A stretch of 64,000 nucleotides of DNA from the IMG/VR virus record IMGVR_UViG_3300025030_000041, positions 1-64,000 of that record. One strand, 5' to 3'. Below the pieces are notes generated by a model. The model searched no databases. It was not told the origin of the DNA and worked only from the letters and a program-made list of their open reading frames with translations. Of the stretch, positions 1 to 9,268 are shown piece by piece; the first letter of the stretch is position 1; each line of letters begins with the position of its first letter. A program made the position numbers and the translations under genes. The stretch comes from a virus.

Positions 1-762
1 ACTTCCGCCTAATTTAGATAATGCTTGCAAATTTTTAGAAGTCTCTTTATCTTTTTTACCAAATCCTAATACTGTACTTAATAATATGTTAACAGTCTTT
101 CCAAACATCCAAGCCCCAGCCATTGCTGTAATAGATAATGGAATAAATGCAGTTAAGCCTAGTGCTAATTTAATAATAGATGAACTTAAAAATGATAATG
201 ACTCTGTTACTTGATGAAATTTTTTAGCATTAGCTGGAGTTATTTTATTTATTAATGAATCTTTTCCACTCATTAATTTATTCAAAAAATCAATAAATTT
301 GTCTGGCCCTGTTGTTTTTGAAGTTATTGAAAATAATAGTAGCCCTTTACTTAAAGACCCAATTCCTCCGGATATTGCCGTAAATGCCGAGGCAAATCCG
401 CTAAATAAATCACCAATATATTTAGTAGATTTAATAGTTCCGCCTAAAGTAATAGCATCAGTTATATCTTTAATAAATTTAATTAATTTTCCGGTTGGGG
501 CTAACTTAAATAAAAATAAATCGGCCGTTAATTTAGGTAAATCTTTAAGAGAAGATATTACTGAACTTACTCCTTCTAATGGGGTTGTAGCAGATTCTGT
601 AGTATCTTTGCTTTTACCTTTATTTTTAACTCCAATCTTAGCTCCAGATGATACTGCAGTTAGTATCTCTTGTAATAATGCAGTATTAACATCAGTTTGA
701 ACAACTGATTGAGCAAGGTAATTATTAATAGAACTTAATAAACTTATTTGTGCAGCAGCCAA
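1..762 (-). CDS. Partial hypothetical protein, open through the window edge. It is Gly/Ala/Ser/Leu-rich and may be membrane- or tail-associated; no ATG before position 270, so a TTG start at 762 is possible
   Basis: Minus-strand frame open from the TAG at 766-768 down to position 1 (more than 250 codons) in an AT-rich genome. Translation reads as a real protein (...GGIGSLSKGLLLFSITSKTTGPDKFIDFLNKLMSGKDSL...AFIPLSITAMAGAWMFGK...). It is absent from the ORF track only because it runs off the edge. The antisense plus ORF 299-700 is Pro-rich and not protein-like. Confidence 0.35.
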   Translation of the reverse strand, partial: MAAAQISLLSSINNYLAQSVVQTDVNTALLQEILTAVSSGAKIGVKNKGKSKDTTESATTPLEGVSSVISSLKDLPKLTADLFLFKLAPTGKLIKFIKDITDAITLGGTIKSTKYIGDLFSGFASAFTAISGGIGSLSKGLLLFSITSKTTGPDKFIDFLNKLMSGKDSLINKITPANAKKFHQVTESLSFLSSSIIKLALGLTAFIPLSITAMAGAWMFGKTVNILLSTVLGFGKKDKETSKNLQALSKLGGS

Positions 763-784
763 ATGCTAATGTGTATTTTTATTA

Positions 785-824
785 TTTATACAAAAAAGAA
801 AGCCCTTATTTCTAAGGGCTTTCT
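785..824 (-). terminator. Rho-independent terminator for the flotillin gene
   Basis: Perfect 12-bp stem agaaagccctta / taagggctttct (797-808 / 813-824) with a 4-nt loop. It is followed on the minus strand by a T-run (complement of caaaaaa at 791-797), just after the CDS stop at 854. Confidence 0.5.
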
Positions 825-853
825 TAAATCATACGCTATACTAAATTTAACGA

Positions 854-2296
854 TTATTTTTTATCTTCATTCTTTTTAGTAAATCGGTCAAGTAAAGCTA
901 AAAGTCCGGCACCTTCTGTTGTTTGTTTTAAGCTTTCAAAAAGTCCATTAGTAGCAGCTCCACCTTTTGAACTAAGAATATCTGAAAATTTACCAAGTCC
1001 TGAATGAACATCTCCGCTATTTACAAGAAGTTTAAGGTCAGCTCCATTTAACGCTGTAGCTAATGACTGGTATTGCACTTTGTTTACTTCTCCTGTAATT
1101 TCAACTTCACGGATTTTAATCAAGTAGTTTTGATAGCTTTCATTTTCACCGATTTCTTTTGCTAGAGTCGTTTGTGCAGTTACATTAGCTAACTCCATTT
1201 GTTTCTTTGCTTCTGCTTCTGATAAACCTTTAGCTTTAATTACTTCAGCTTGAGCCTCTCCAACACTTTTTATAGCTTCTGCTTCTTTCTTTTTTGCCTC
1301 AAGTTGGGCTTTAGCATCAGTTTCAATTTTAAACTTATTCGCCTCTGCCTCAATTTCTGTTTGGCGTTTTTTCTGCTCTGTATTGATGATTGCATTTTCT
1401 TTATCTATCTCAGCTTGGCGAATTTGGTTTACTTTTACTACTTCCATTTTTTGCTCTGCTGTTAGTTTTTCAGCTTTTGCAATTTCAGAAAGTGAGGTTT
1501 GCTCGGCTATTCCTCTATTTTTTACAGATTCAGCTTGTGCAATTCCAATTGCTTGTACTGATTTTGCCTGAGCTTCACCTGAGATTCGTTCAGTTTCAGC
1601 AGCAGTTAAAGCAACTTCTTTTCTTGCTTCTAATTCAGCTTGTTCAGCACTTTTAGTATTCTTAGCGACTTCCGTTCTGCTCTCCATATCAATAGCTGAA
1701 ATGCGTTTAGCCATTATTTGATGAATAACTTCTGAACCTTGTGCATCTCTAACATCCATCAATTCAATACTTTTTATTGGTTCTACTCCCCAACTTTTTA
1801 AATCTTCCTTTACTGCATCTGTAAATAATTGTCCAAACATTGAGCGCTCCTCCATTATTTGTTCTAATTTTGATTTTGCCAAAATAGAACGAACTGCTCC
1901 CTGAACAACATTATTTAGTTGAAGTAAAAGGTCTTGAAAAGATGCAACTTTTTCTGCAGCTTTATTTGTATCTGCTATATGAAAGAACGCTTTTACATCT
2001 ACTTCAAACGGTACTCTGTCTTTGTCATACGCTGAATACTTAGGTAAATCAACCCCAAAGTTTGAAACTGGTAATTCCCTAACTTCTACTCCGTATTTGG
2101 GTAGCCATTTAGGAAATTCGTAATAAACGTTTGATCCTTTACCTACACCATATGAAACCGTTTTAGAACTTCTTTGAACAATATGGACTACGTTTGTAGG
2201 AACAATTCTCCTTAATGAGAATATATAAAAAATGATATAAATACCAAATACTGAAGGTATTCCATAAATTAGGGCTGTTAAAAGGTTTATTTGCAT
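854..2296 (-). CDS. Flotillin / SPFH (band-7) domain protein with an N-terminal transmembrane segment and a long Ala/Glu/Lys-rich coiled coil
   Basis: N-terminal hydrophobic helix, an SPFH-like core (VVHIVQRSSKTVSYG...VPFEVDVKAFFHIAD...) and an extended EA/K-rich repeat region typical of flotillin/YqiK. GC content here is visibly higher than in the neighbouring genes. Confidence 0.7.
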   Translation of the reverse strand: MQINLLTALIYGIPSVFGIYIIFYIFSLRRIVPTNVVHIVQRSSKTVSYGVGKGSNVYYEFPKWLPKYGVEVRELPVSNFGVDLPKYSAYDKDRVPFEVDVKAFFHIADTNKAAEKVASFQDLLLQLNNVVQGAVRSILAKSKLEQIMEERSMFGQLFTDAVKEDLKSWGVEPIKSIELMDVRDAQGSEVIHQIMAKRISAIDMESRTEVAKNTKSAEQAELEARKEVALTAAETERISGEAQAKSVQAIGIAQAESVKNRGIAEQTSLSEIAKAEKLTAEQKMEVVKVNQIRQAEIDKENAIINTEQKKRQTEIEAEANKFKIETDAKAQLEAKKKEAEAIKSVGEAQAEVIKAKGLSEAEAKKQMELANVTAQTTLAKEIGENESYQNYLIKIREVEITGEVNKVQYQSLATALNGADLKLLVNSGDVHSGLGKFSDILSSKGGAATNGLFESLKQTTEGAGLLALLDRFTKKNEDKK

Positions 2297-2447
2297 TTTA
2301 TTTGTTTTTAATTGTTAAACTTATTTAATTATTGTTTTTTTGTCTATATGTTTTATTTCATATTTAGTAAATATGTTTTTATTGAATGGAGGTGGGGCTT
2401 TGCCTCGTGGAAATAACCAATTAATTTTAAAAGTCATTTAAGTAGGT

Positions 2448-2475
2448 TTAGTATATAGAAAATAATATGTATTAT
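2448..2475. repeat. 28-nt conserved motif ttagtatatagaaaataatatgtattat, copy 1. It lies upstream of the minus-strand flotillin gene and is a candidate promoter/regulatory box
   Basis: Identical 28-mer to 5081-5108. Confidence 0.45.
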
Positions 2476-2514
2476 TGGATGTACAATCTAAAAACAAATA
2501 TTTTAATAAGTGCT

Positions 2515-3048
2515 TTATACTATATTAGTTTTAAATTTTTTATATAAATTATATACGTCGTTAGTATTTTCAGTATTAATATTAATTAATAATGTATTTA
2601 ATTTAGATTTAGTTGCATATTCTGAAAATATGTCTAATTCACTTTGTAGTAAATCTTTATTCATATTAAATAAAGATTTACCATCTTCTCTATTAATTAA
2701 ATCATTTATATTTGGTAATAATATAATGGAGTCTATATTTATATTATTATCTATTAATTTATTTTCAAATGACAATATATCATTTAAAATATTATAATTT
2801 CTATATATTTTACCATAAACATAGCAGTCGATGTGATTTCTTATTGAGGCAAATTGTAGATTTGTATTTTTATGATAAATAATAAAATCATATAAAAAGT
2901 TTAAATATTTTTTTTCGTTTATTATATATGGTATATTAGGTTTAACTGATCTTATTATATTTATATCATAACCTAATTCCTGTATATAATTTTTTACAAA
3001 TGTATCTTTACCTGATCTATTTGGCCCAGTGATAAATAATCCGTCCAT
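2515..3048 (-). CDS. P-loop deoxynucleoside monophosphate kinase, T4 gp1-like
   Basis: N-terminal MDGLFITGPNRSGKDTF matches the T4 gp1 dNMP kinase P-loop signature (G-x-x-R-S-G-K-D-T); length 177 aa. Confidence 0.5.
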   Translation of the reverse strand: MDGLFITGPNRSGKDTFVKNYIQELGYDINIIRSVKPNIPYIINEKKYLNFLYDFIIYHKNTNLQFASIRNHIDCYVYGKIYRNYNILNDILSFENKLIDNNINIDSIILLPNINDLINREDGKSLFNMNKDLLQSELDIFSEYATKSKLNTLLININTENTNDVYNLYKKFKTNIV

Positions 3049-3117
3049 AATATTATGTTTTGTTTTTTATTAAAATTTATTTAATTCCATCGTTTTTTTT
3101 ATAAAAAAAACTATATA

Positions 3118-3891
3118 CTATAGTAGTGCCTCATGAATCCATGATGAATTATTTAAATCATTTATATTACAATTACTATCAAATTTACCCAATAAAATTA
3201 ATTTTTCATTATTAGATAAATATAATTTGCTATTTTTACTCAAAATATAATATTGTGAATTAGATATAGATATTTTATACTTTGCATTTTTAATAAAAAT
3301 AGTTACTTCATTTAACATACTATCAGTTAAACTTAAATTTATTTCATCATTATTCAAATTCAAATATGGTAATAACCTCCATGTATCAGGCGCAACATTT
3401 AATGTATTAAATATAAAATCATATATCTTATCTAAATATAAATAGTTTTTAGAATTTAACATAGTACTTAATCTATATGGTATGCTTGAGTTTTCTCTAA
3501 TATATTTTATACACTCTATTGTTCTATTAAATTGGTCGTTATTACGTATACTAAATTCAGAATCATAATCGAATCCATCTAATGGCAAACCGATATAATC
3601 AATATTATTTTTTAATTTATCGAATTTCTCAATTAATTTATACCCATTAGTTATTAAATAATTATTAAAACCTAAACTCTTTGAAAATTCTAAAATCTCA
3701 TCCAAATCTTTTCTTAATGTTACTTCACCGCCCAAAAAACCAATTGTATCAAACCCTAATTCTTTAGCTATCTCAAGATTTTTTTTAACTATATTAATGT
3801 CATCACCATAATCTTTATATTCGCGATAACAAAACTTACATTTAGTATTGCACATACCAGTAAACCTGTAATATAAAATATTAGTATTCAT
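3118..3891 (-). CDS. Radical SAM enzyme
   Basis: CNTKCKFCY = CxxxCxxC cluster near the N-terminus, and a GGE motif (FLGGEVT) for SAM binding. Confidence 0.7.
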   Translation of the reverse strand: MNTNILYYRFTGMCNTKCKFCYREYKDYGDDINIVKKNLEIAKELGFDTIGFLGGEVTLRKDLDEILEFSKSLGFNNYLITNGYKLIEKFDKLKNNIDYIGLPLDGFDYDSEFSIRNNDQFNRTIECIKYIRENSSIPYRLSTMLNSKNYLYLDKIYDFIFNTLNVAPDTWRLLPYLNLNNDEINLSLTDSMLNEVTIFIKNAKYKISISNSQYYILSKNSKLYLSNNEKLILLGKFDSNCNINDLNNSSWIHEALL

Positions 3892-4133
3892 ATTTAAAAA
3901 ATTAACTACCTATTAATAAATAGTATGAAATAGTTGGTAGGAAACTAAATTATACCTTGAAACATCTTAAAAGGTATACTATTGAAATTAGTGCTCTTGG
4001 TTTATCTGACTAATACGCTTACAATTAAGTTCAACTGACCTATTGTTTTCAGTATACAAATTAGGTATTCCATTTTTTATTATAATAAAAAACTATAAAC
4101 TACCCTATTTGGTTAATACCTAGGTTTTAATAT

Positions 4134-4532
4134 TTATAAGTTTGGTATAGTATAAGCGCTACTAAATTTAGTTGTTAATTCGTGTATTAATGCATTGCCA
4201 GACCAAAAATATGGGTCTTCATCAATACTTACACTATACATTGCACCACCCTCTGGACAATAAAATGTTAAAGGCTTCCATTTATTTTTTGTAAATGCGT
4301 ACCATGTGTCATCTCTCTTTTCATATTTTATAATTTTAGTTGGATCAAACTGTAATTCATGAGTAACGATACTACCCTTAGCATGACACATATATTCATG
4401 CTCACATATTGCATCTATTACAATTCGTTTTTTATACAGAAAATTCTTAAATATGTAGTCGAGTATACGATCACTAAACAGCATTAATGTTAGTAGTATT
4501 AATACAATTGATAAAAATGTAAGTATACACAT
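4134..4532 (-). CDS. Hypothetical protein with an N-terminal transmembrane helix
   Basis: ORF in a co-directional minus-strand block; hydrophobic N-terminus MCILTFLSIVLILLTLMLF. Confidence 0.4.
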   Translation of the reverse strand: MCILTFLSIVLILLTLMLFSDRILDYIFKNFLYKKRIVIDAICEHEYMCHAKGSIVTHELQFDPTKIIKYEKRDDTWYAFTKNKWKPLTFYCPEGGAMYSVSIDEDPYFWSGNALIHELTTKFSSAYTIPNL

Positions 4533-4712
4533 ATCTTTTATTTTTAATATTTTAAAATTATTTTTTTTAATATATTACTATTTTATTTCAATAGTATCTA
4601 TATGGTTAATGCATATTTAATCTATATATTCGTCATAACGAAATATAAATTTTCCATGGAGCCCTTTATATTCACGGGGCATTCTATATTTTTCTACTTC
4701 TTTATGGTCTAT

Positions 4713-4871
4713 TTATTTTTTCTGAGTATAATAGCCTTTACCATTAATATAAAAGTCATAATTAGGATTAGGATTAGAAAATTTACTGCCATAAGCCATT
4801 AATAGTATTAGTATTAACATTATTGAAATACTGAATGCTATAATAAATATAATTTTTGCAGGTATACACAT
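4713..4871 (-). CDS. Small (52 aa) membrane protein, not in the ORF track
   Basis: Minus-strand ATG at 4871; MCIPAKIIFIIAFSISIMLILILLMAYGS... Co-directional with its neighbours and shares the MCI + TM start with ORF 4134-4532. The overlapping plus ORF 4602-4802 is probably spurious. Confidence 0.25.
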   Translation of the reverse strand: MCIPAKIIFIIAFSISIMLILILLMAYGSKFSNPNPNYDFYINGKGYYTQKK

Positions 4872-4902
4872 ATTTTATATTTTTTAAGTTTTTAATAAAA
4901 AT

Positions 4903-5070
4903 ACTAGGAGGTGTAAAATATAGTAATTGTAATAGACGTACTGTAGTTTGTTCCAGCAGTATGGTGAAACCCTCGTGTTATACTTACGTTAGTAGAATCT
5001 AGCCAATTATTTATTGTATGCTCTAAATCACTAATACTAGACTTTGTATAAAATATTTTTACTTTTTCCA
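4903..5070 (-). CDS. Small (55 aa) hypothetical protein, not in the ORF track
   Basis: ATG at 5070 (minus strand) immediately downstream of the 28-nt conserved motif; MEKVKIFYTKSSISDLEHTINNWLDSTNVSITRGFHHTAGTNYSTSITITIFYTS. Confidence 0.3.
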
Positions 5071-5080
5071 TAATTATTTA

Positions 5081-5108
5081 TTAGTATATAGAAAATAATA
5101 TGTATTAT
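5081..5108. repeat. 28-nt conserved motif, copy 2, immediately upstream of the small minus-strand ORF that starts at 5070
   Basis: Identical to 2448-2475. Confidence 0.45.
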
Positions 5109-5195
5109 ATTTGGTGTATAAAAAAGTTTAATATTAAGGGTAAGGGTATTTGAAAGTTTCTACAAGCTACATACGCTTTTAACTATTAGCGACAA

Positions 5196-5450
5196 CTATA
5201 CATGACCTAAAAACTTTAATCCTTTTTTAAGTTTTTCTTTTGCATTACACATATCTAAATATTCTATTTCATCTTTGGATGTTGCTGTTTCTATTTGGTA
5301 TTTAAGTAAACTGGTTGAATAGCTTATCATACTTTCCTTTTCCTCTTCACTACATATATCATTGCAATTTGTGTCTAACGCAAAACATACAAGTCTTAAA
5401 GCAAAGGTTTTATCTTTTACAATTCGACTGTCTTTGATTGGATTTTCCAT
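5196..5450 (-). CDS. Hypothetical protein
   Basis: ORF in a co-directional block. Confidence 0.35.
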   Translation of the reverse strand: MENPIKDSRIVKDKTFALRLVCFALDTNCNDICSEEEKESMISYSTSLLKYQIETATSKDEIEYLDMCNAKEKLKKGLKFLGHV

Positions 5451-5518
5451 AATTATTTAAGTTTAGTTAATTAAAGGGTCTCCGTTATTAAAAAGATTTT
5501 ACTACAATCTTGGAATAG

Positions 5519-5869
5519 CTAATTATAAATTAATTCAGTTTTTACTAAATTGTTATGTGCGTTTTTAAATATAAGAGCTTCATCAACCTCTGAATAATTA
5601 GAGTCTAATGATATAATATCACCCTCTTGTTCTTTTATATAGTAGTTCTTATTACCATTAGATTTATCATAAATACCAGGGCCTTTATACTCCTTAAGTA
5701 TAAATTGATATTCACTTTTAAATTCATCAAACTCAATTTCGTCATTAATATATACTGAATTATTGTAATAACAATAATTACAAATATATTGATAAAACTC
5801 TGAATTATTTGAACTAAATAAATATTGGTTTACTATTCCATCTTTATTTTTTATAATTAAAGCTACCAT
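5519..5869 (-). CDS. Hypothetical protein
   Basis: ORF in a co-directional block. Confidence 0.35.
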   Translation of the reverse strand: MVALIIKNKDGIVNQYLFSSNNSEFYQYICNYCYYNNSVYINDEIEFDEFKSEYQFILKEYKGPGIYDKSNGNKNYYIKEQEGDIISLDSNYSEVDEALIFKNAHNNLVKTELIYN

Positions 5870-5993
5870 GATTTCTAGAGTTTAATTGTTAAACAATAAT
5901 AAAGAACTAATTACAATGTAAAATTAAGCAATAGATTTGATATATAAAAATAAATTTATAATAAAATATATAACTAATTGATACTCAATTTAC

Positions 5994-6557
5994 TTATTTT
6001 CCAGTGGTACCTTCTCCAGATGCTACTTTAAACTTACCAATTTGTGCAAAATCTCCTTTTTCTTTATTATAATCAAAGTATTTTATACCGGGGTTATTCA
6101 TTACAAAAGTAATCATTTTTTCAGCAATTGCCGGATCTTTTTTTAACCATTCATTGTAATTTTTATGTTGAGTAGAATGACGCATAATAGAATCTAGAGC
6201 GTCTTTACGTTTTTTAGCAGCCCTTGCTTCTTTTTCTTCTTTAGAAAAACCTAAAATTTCATTTACATCTTCTGAATTTTCCACTTCATTTTTACTAGGT
6301 TCTTCATTAGCCCATAACGTTTCAATAAATTTATTTACTTTTTCAAGTTCTTCTTTAGTTAAACCTTCCATAGAAATTTCTTTAGCTTCTTCTTCTGGAT
6401 CGAGTTCTTCTTTTAATTCGTGTTTAACTAATTTAGTAATTAGAGATTTAAATTCATCTTCTGATATTAAATCTTCTGTTTTTACTTCTTCAGTTTCTAC
6501 TGATACTTCAGAAAGAAACTCTTCATATAATTTAACATATCCCATTTTTATATACAA
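5994..6557 (-). CDS. Acidic hypothetical protein (Glu/Lys-rich)
   Basis: ORF; highly charged composition. Confidence 0.4.
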   Translation of the reverse strand: MYIKMGYVKLYEEFLSEVSVETEEVKTEDLISEDEFKSLITKLVKHELKEELDPEEEAKEISMEGLTKEELEKVNKFIETLWANEEPSKNEVENSEDVNEILGFSKEEKEARAAKKRKDALDSIMRHSTQHKNYNEWLKKDPAIAEKMITFVMNNPGIKYFDYNKEKGDFAQIGKFKVASGEGTTGK

Positions 6558-6575
6558 TATTTTCTTATTATTTAT

Positions 6576-6851
6576 TCATGATATTTTTTGTAATTCTAGT
6601 GTTATTTTTTCAAATTCTTTAAATAATTTTAAAATTTTATTTTTCTGGATAGGTGTAATGGATTCCCAAGTTAAATTAATGAATATTTTTCCATCAATTG
6701 TATGGTGATTGCGTAGGTAATTGTTATTAAATGGATCTATAAATTTAAGAGCTATGCCATCATTATCAATAATTGTTTCAATTGATTTATAAAACTCATT
6801 TTGAAATATTGAATCCAATTCGGGTTTTTTCTTCTTTAAAGTCTTTTTCAT
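6576..6851 (-). CDS. Hypothetical protein
   Basis: ORF overlapping the start of the upstream AAA ATPase gene (operon-like). Confidence 0.35.
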   Translation of the reverse strand: MKKTLKKKKPELDSIFQNEFYKSIETIIDNDGIALKFIDPFNNNYLRNHHTIDGKIFINLTWESITPIQKNKILKLFKEFEKITLELQKIS

Positions 6852-7938
6852 TTAAATTATAAATATCAGTTAATACAAGCGGGTCAGATGAAGTGTATTT
6901 TTTATTAAGTTTATTTAATAATGCATTAGTTTTATTTAATTCTAATTCTTTAAATTCGTATTTAGCAATTAATCTACCCTTACGTAATAGAGCTTTATCT
7001 ATTCTAGATATATCAGCATTAAATGTACAAACAATTTGCATTTTTAGACAATCACTTAATAATCCATCGCTAATATTAAGTAAATTACTTACGGCTTGAT
7101 TATTTGCTCCACTTCGCTCTTCAATTATATTTTCACCATCTTCTATTATTAGAATAGAATTTTGATATTTAATTAAGAACGGTATAAACGACGGACTAGA
7201 TATTTGATGAGCTAAATCAGGAGGTATGAATATTTTTCGTTTTGTCGTTATTGAGCATAAATGTTTTAATAATGTACTTTTTCCTGTACCGGGTTTACCA
7301 TGAAATAATATAATACCTTTATCATTTTGGGTTTCTAGTCTATTAATTGCAATATTATAGATTTCAGCAAAATCGTTATTATAATTATCGTCTATATTAA
7401 AGGATTTATCTAAATTTAAATTAAATTTTTTTAATGATAACCCGTGGGTATTTTGTATTAATAAATTAATATTATTAGTTTGAGTAATTATTTTTTTAAA
7501 TTTAATACATAAATTTAATAATTCTTTTTCTAATTCAATAGCTTTTACAAAAAAACTATTGTTATAATAAATAAGTATTCTATCTATTGATACTAATATA
7601 ATAATATTATATTTTTTTAATTTAATAACTATAGTATATGTAGTTTCTTCAGCTAAAGCGTCGTCTTCATTATCATCAAATTCACTAAACTCACTTAATA
7701 TATTACTAGATTGATAAATATTTTTTTCTATATAATAATCGTCTAGCTGCACTTTATGTTTTTTAATAAAGCATAAAGCTAAATTATAATAGTTTGTATT
7801 TTGAGTAATATTATTTTCTGTAATGAGTTTTGACGGTATTACTCCATATTCTAGAGTAAATAACCTATCTATTACGGATTCAGTTGAAATCTCCGATCCA
7901 ACTAAATTAGATACTGCTATATTATTTGTAATTTTCAT
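6796..7938 (-). CDS. AAA-family ATPase (classical AAA domain) with an unknown N-terminal domain of about 170 aa
   Basis: Walker A GKPGTGKST, Walker B ILIIEDGE, and the AAA-type second region of homology ALLRKGRL. Confidence 0.65.
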   Translation of the reverse strand: MKITNNIAVSNLVGSEISTESVIDRLFTLEYGVIPSKLITENNITQNTNYYNLALCFIKKHKVQLDDYYIEKNIYQSSNILSEFSEFDDNEDDALAEETTYTIVIKLKKYNIIILVSIDRILIYYNNSFFVKAIELEKELLNLCIKFKKIITQTNNINLLIQNTHGLSLKKFNLNLDKSFNIDDNYNNDFAEIYNIAINRLETQNDKGIILFHGKPGTGKSTLLKHLCSITTKRKIFIPPDLAHQISSPSFIPFLIKYQNSILIIEDGENIIEERSGANNQAVSNLLNISDGLLSDCLKMQIVCTFNADISRIDKALLRKGRLIAKYEFKELELNKTNALLNKLNKKYTSSDPLVLTDIYNLNEKDFKEEKTRIGFNISK

Positions 7939-8282
7939 ATTTTTTTAATAATTTGACCGTCAATTGTCACTACAACTAATGCTTTTTTTATTAAGTCATC
8001 AGGCTTGGCATTTTCATTTTCAAATCGACAATCCATTTCATATAAGATATGTAAATCTTCATTTAATATTTTTGCAACACTTATTAATTTATCAGCATCA
8101 ACGTCTATATCTAGATCACCATACCAGCATTTACCAAGTTTCTTAGTAACAACATTTGCATTAAATATTGCTAAATTATTTGGATGTCGCTCTCTATATA
8201 AGCTCTTAGATCCACATATAAGTCTAGATTGTACTAGCTCATTTTCTAAAAAGATTTTATAAATTTTTTTCATTTGTTTCAT
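7935..8282 (-). CDS. Hypothetical protein
   Basis: ORF whose stop overlaps the start of the AAA ATPase gene. Confidence 0.35.
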   Translation of the reverse strand: MKQMKKIYKIFLENELVQSRLICGSKSLYRERHPNNLAIFNANVVTKKLGKCWYGDLDIDVDADKLISVAKILNEDLHILYEMDCRFENENAKPDDLIKKALVVVTIDGQIIKKI

Positions 8283-8793
8283 TATTTTCTATTAAAATAT
8301 TTAATTTGTCTTTTACACTTTTAAAAAATGGAATTGGTAATGATGTGAAACTATTAATAAAACAGTTGTCACTCATGATATTAACTAAACTAGGAATATT
8401 CCTATTATCAATATAATTACCTGAATTTCTAAATAGGGTTGCAAAGCATCCTTGTAATTCATTAACCACATTAATAACAGTATTTAAAGAGTTTAAATTT
8501 ATAGTTAAACCCTCTATATTTTGTTTTAACTGTAAAATCTCATAATTTAGTATTTTAATTTTCAATTCTGGATTAATAATTTGAGATATATCAGTATATA
8601 TATCCCAATTATGTAAGTTTAAATCATCTCTTATCAGTATTTTATATTCGGAGTTGTCATACGCTCCTTTATCAAATGGAGTAGATAATATAATTTCTTT
8701 TCCTGAAATTATATTACTGATTTTACCAATTACCTCTAATTTATTACTAAATATAATTTGTCCGTTAACTAAATTTGTTATAAAAACTGGCAT
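8257..8793 (-). CDS. Hypothetical protein
   Basis: ORF, translationally coupled with its neighbours. Confidence 0.35.
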   Translation of the reverse strand: MPVFITNLVNGQIIFSNKLEVIGKISNIISGKEIILSTPFDKGAYDNSEYKILIRDDLNLHNWDIYTDISQIINPELKIKILNYEILQLKQNIEGLTINLNSLNTVINVVNELQGCFATLFRNSGNYIDNRNIPSLVNIMSDNCFINSFTSLPIPFFKSVKDKLNILIENNETNEKNL

Positions 8794-9216
8794 TTATTTT
8801 TTTATTTTTTCTTGTTCTTCTTGTTGTTTAAGCAATGCATCCACTGATTCTTTAACTCTGAGATATTCTTTCACGGAATATTTTGAAATAATACCACTAA
8901 ATGTAATAACATCAGGCTTAACTAAATTTATTTTATCATTATCTCCGTCATATACAATATGTGCGATTGCTTCATCAAAAAGCAACTTCTGCTGGTCTCT
9001 ATCTAATTGATCAAATATTAATTCATTAATAATAATAACAAAATCATATCCAGTTAAATGATTTAATACATTATTTGCTTTATTAATTTTATAAATGTAT
9101 TTTTGTTTTTCAGCCGCTAATAATTTAAATTTTATAAATTTAGGTAAAGATGTTGTATCAAGTACCTCATTAAATGATTTTTCATTTTCTTCAGAAATGT
9201 CAAAGAATTTTGTCAT
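8794..9216 (-). CDS. Hypothetical protein
   Basis: ORF abutting 8257-8793. Confidence 0.35.
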   Translation of the reverse strand: MTKFFDISEENEKSFNEVLDTTSLPKFIKFKLLAAEKQKYIYKINKANNVLNHLTGYDFVIIINELIFDQLDRDQQKLLFDEAIAHIVYDGDNDKINLVKPDVITFSGIISKYSVKEYLRVKESVDALLKQQEEQEKIKK

Positions 9217-9268
9217 AGCTTTTCAGTTTTAGTTTTAATTAATATTTAAAATTATAGGATTTGTTTTA

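Noticed and set aside
299-700. Plus-strand 133-aa ORF from the six-frame track
   Set aside because: Pro-rich, non-protein-like translation that is antisense to a much longer and more convincing minus-strand reading frame running off the window edge
1250-1656. Short plus-strand ORFs nested inside the flotillin gene, and the similar nested antisense ORFs elsewhere (e.g. 6893-7099, 8005-8262, 21015-21203, 29236-29493, 34490-34849, 53007-53372, 62895-63209)
   Set aside because: Low-complexity or hydrophobic antisense translations lying entirely inside longer, motif-supported genes; they are treated as spurious
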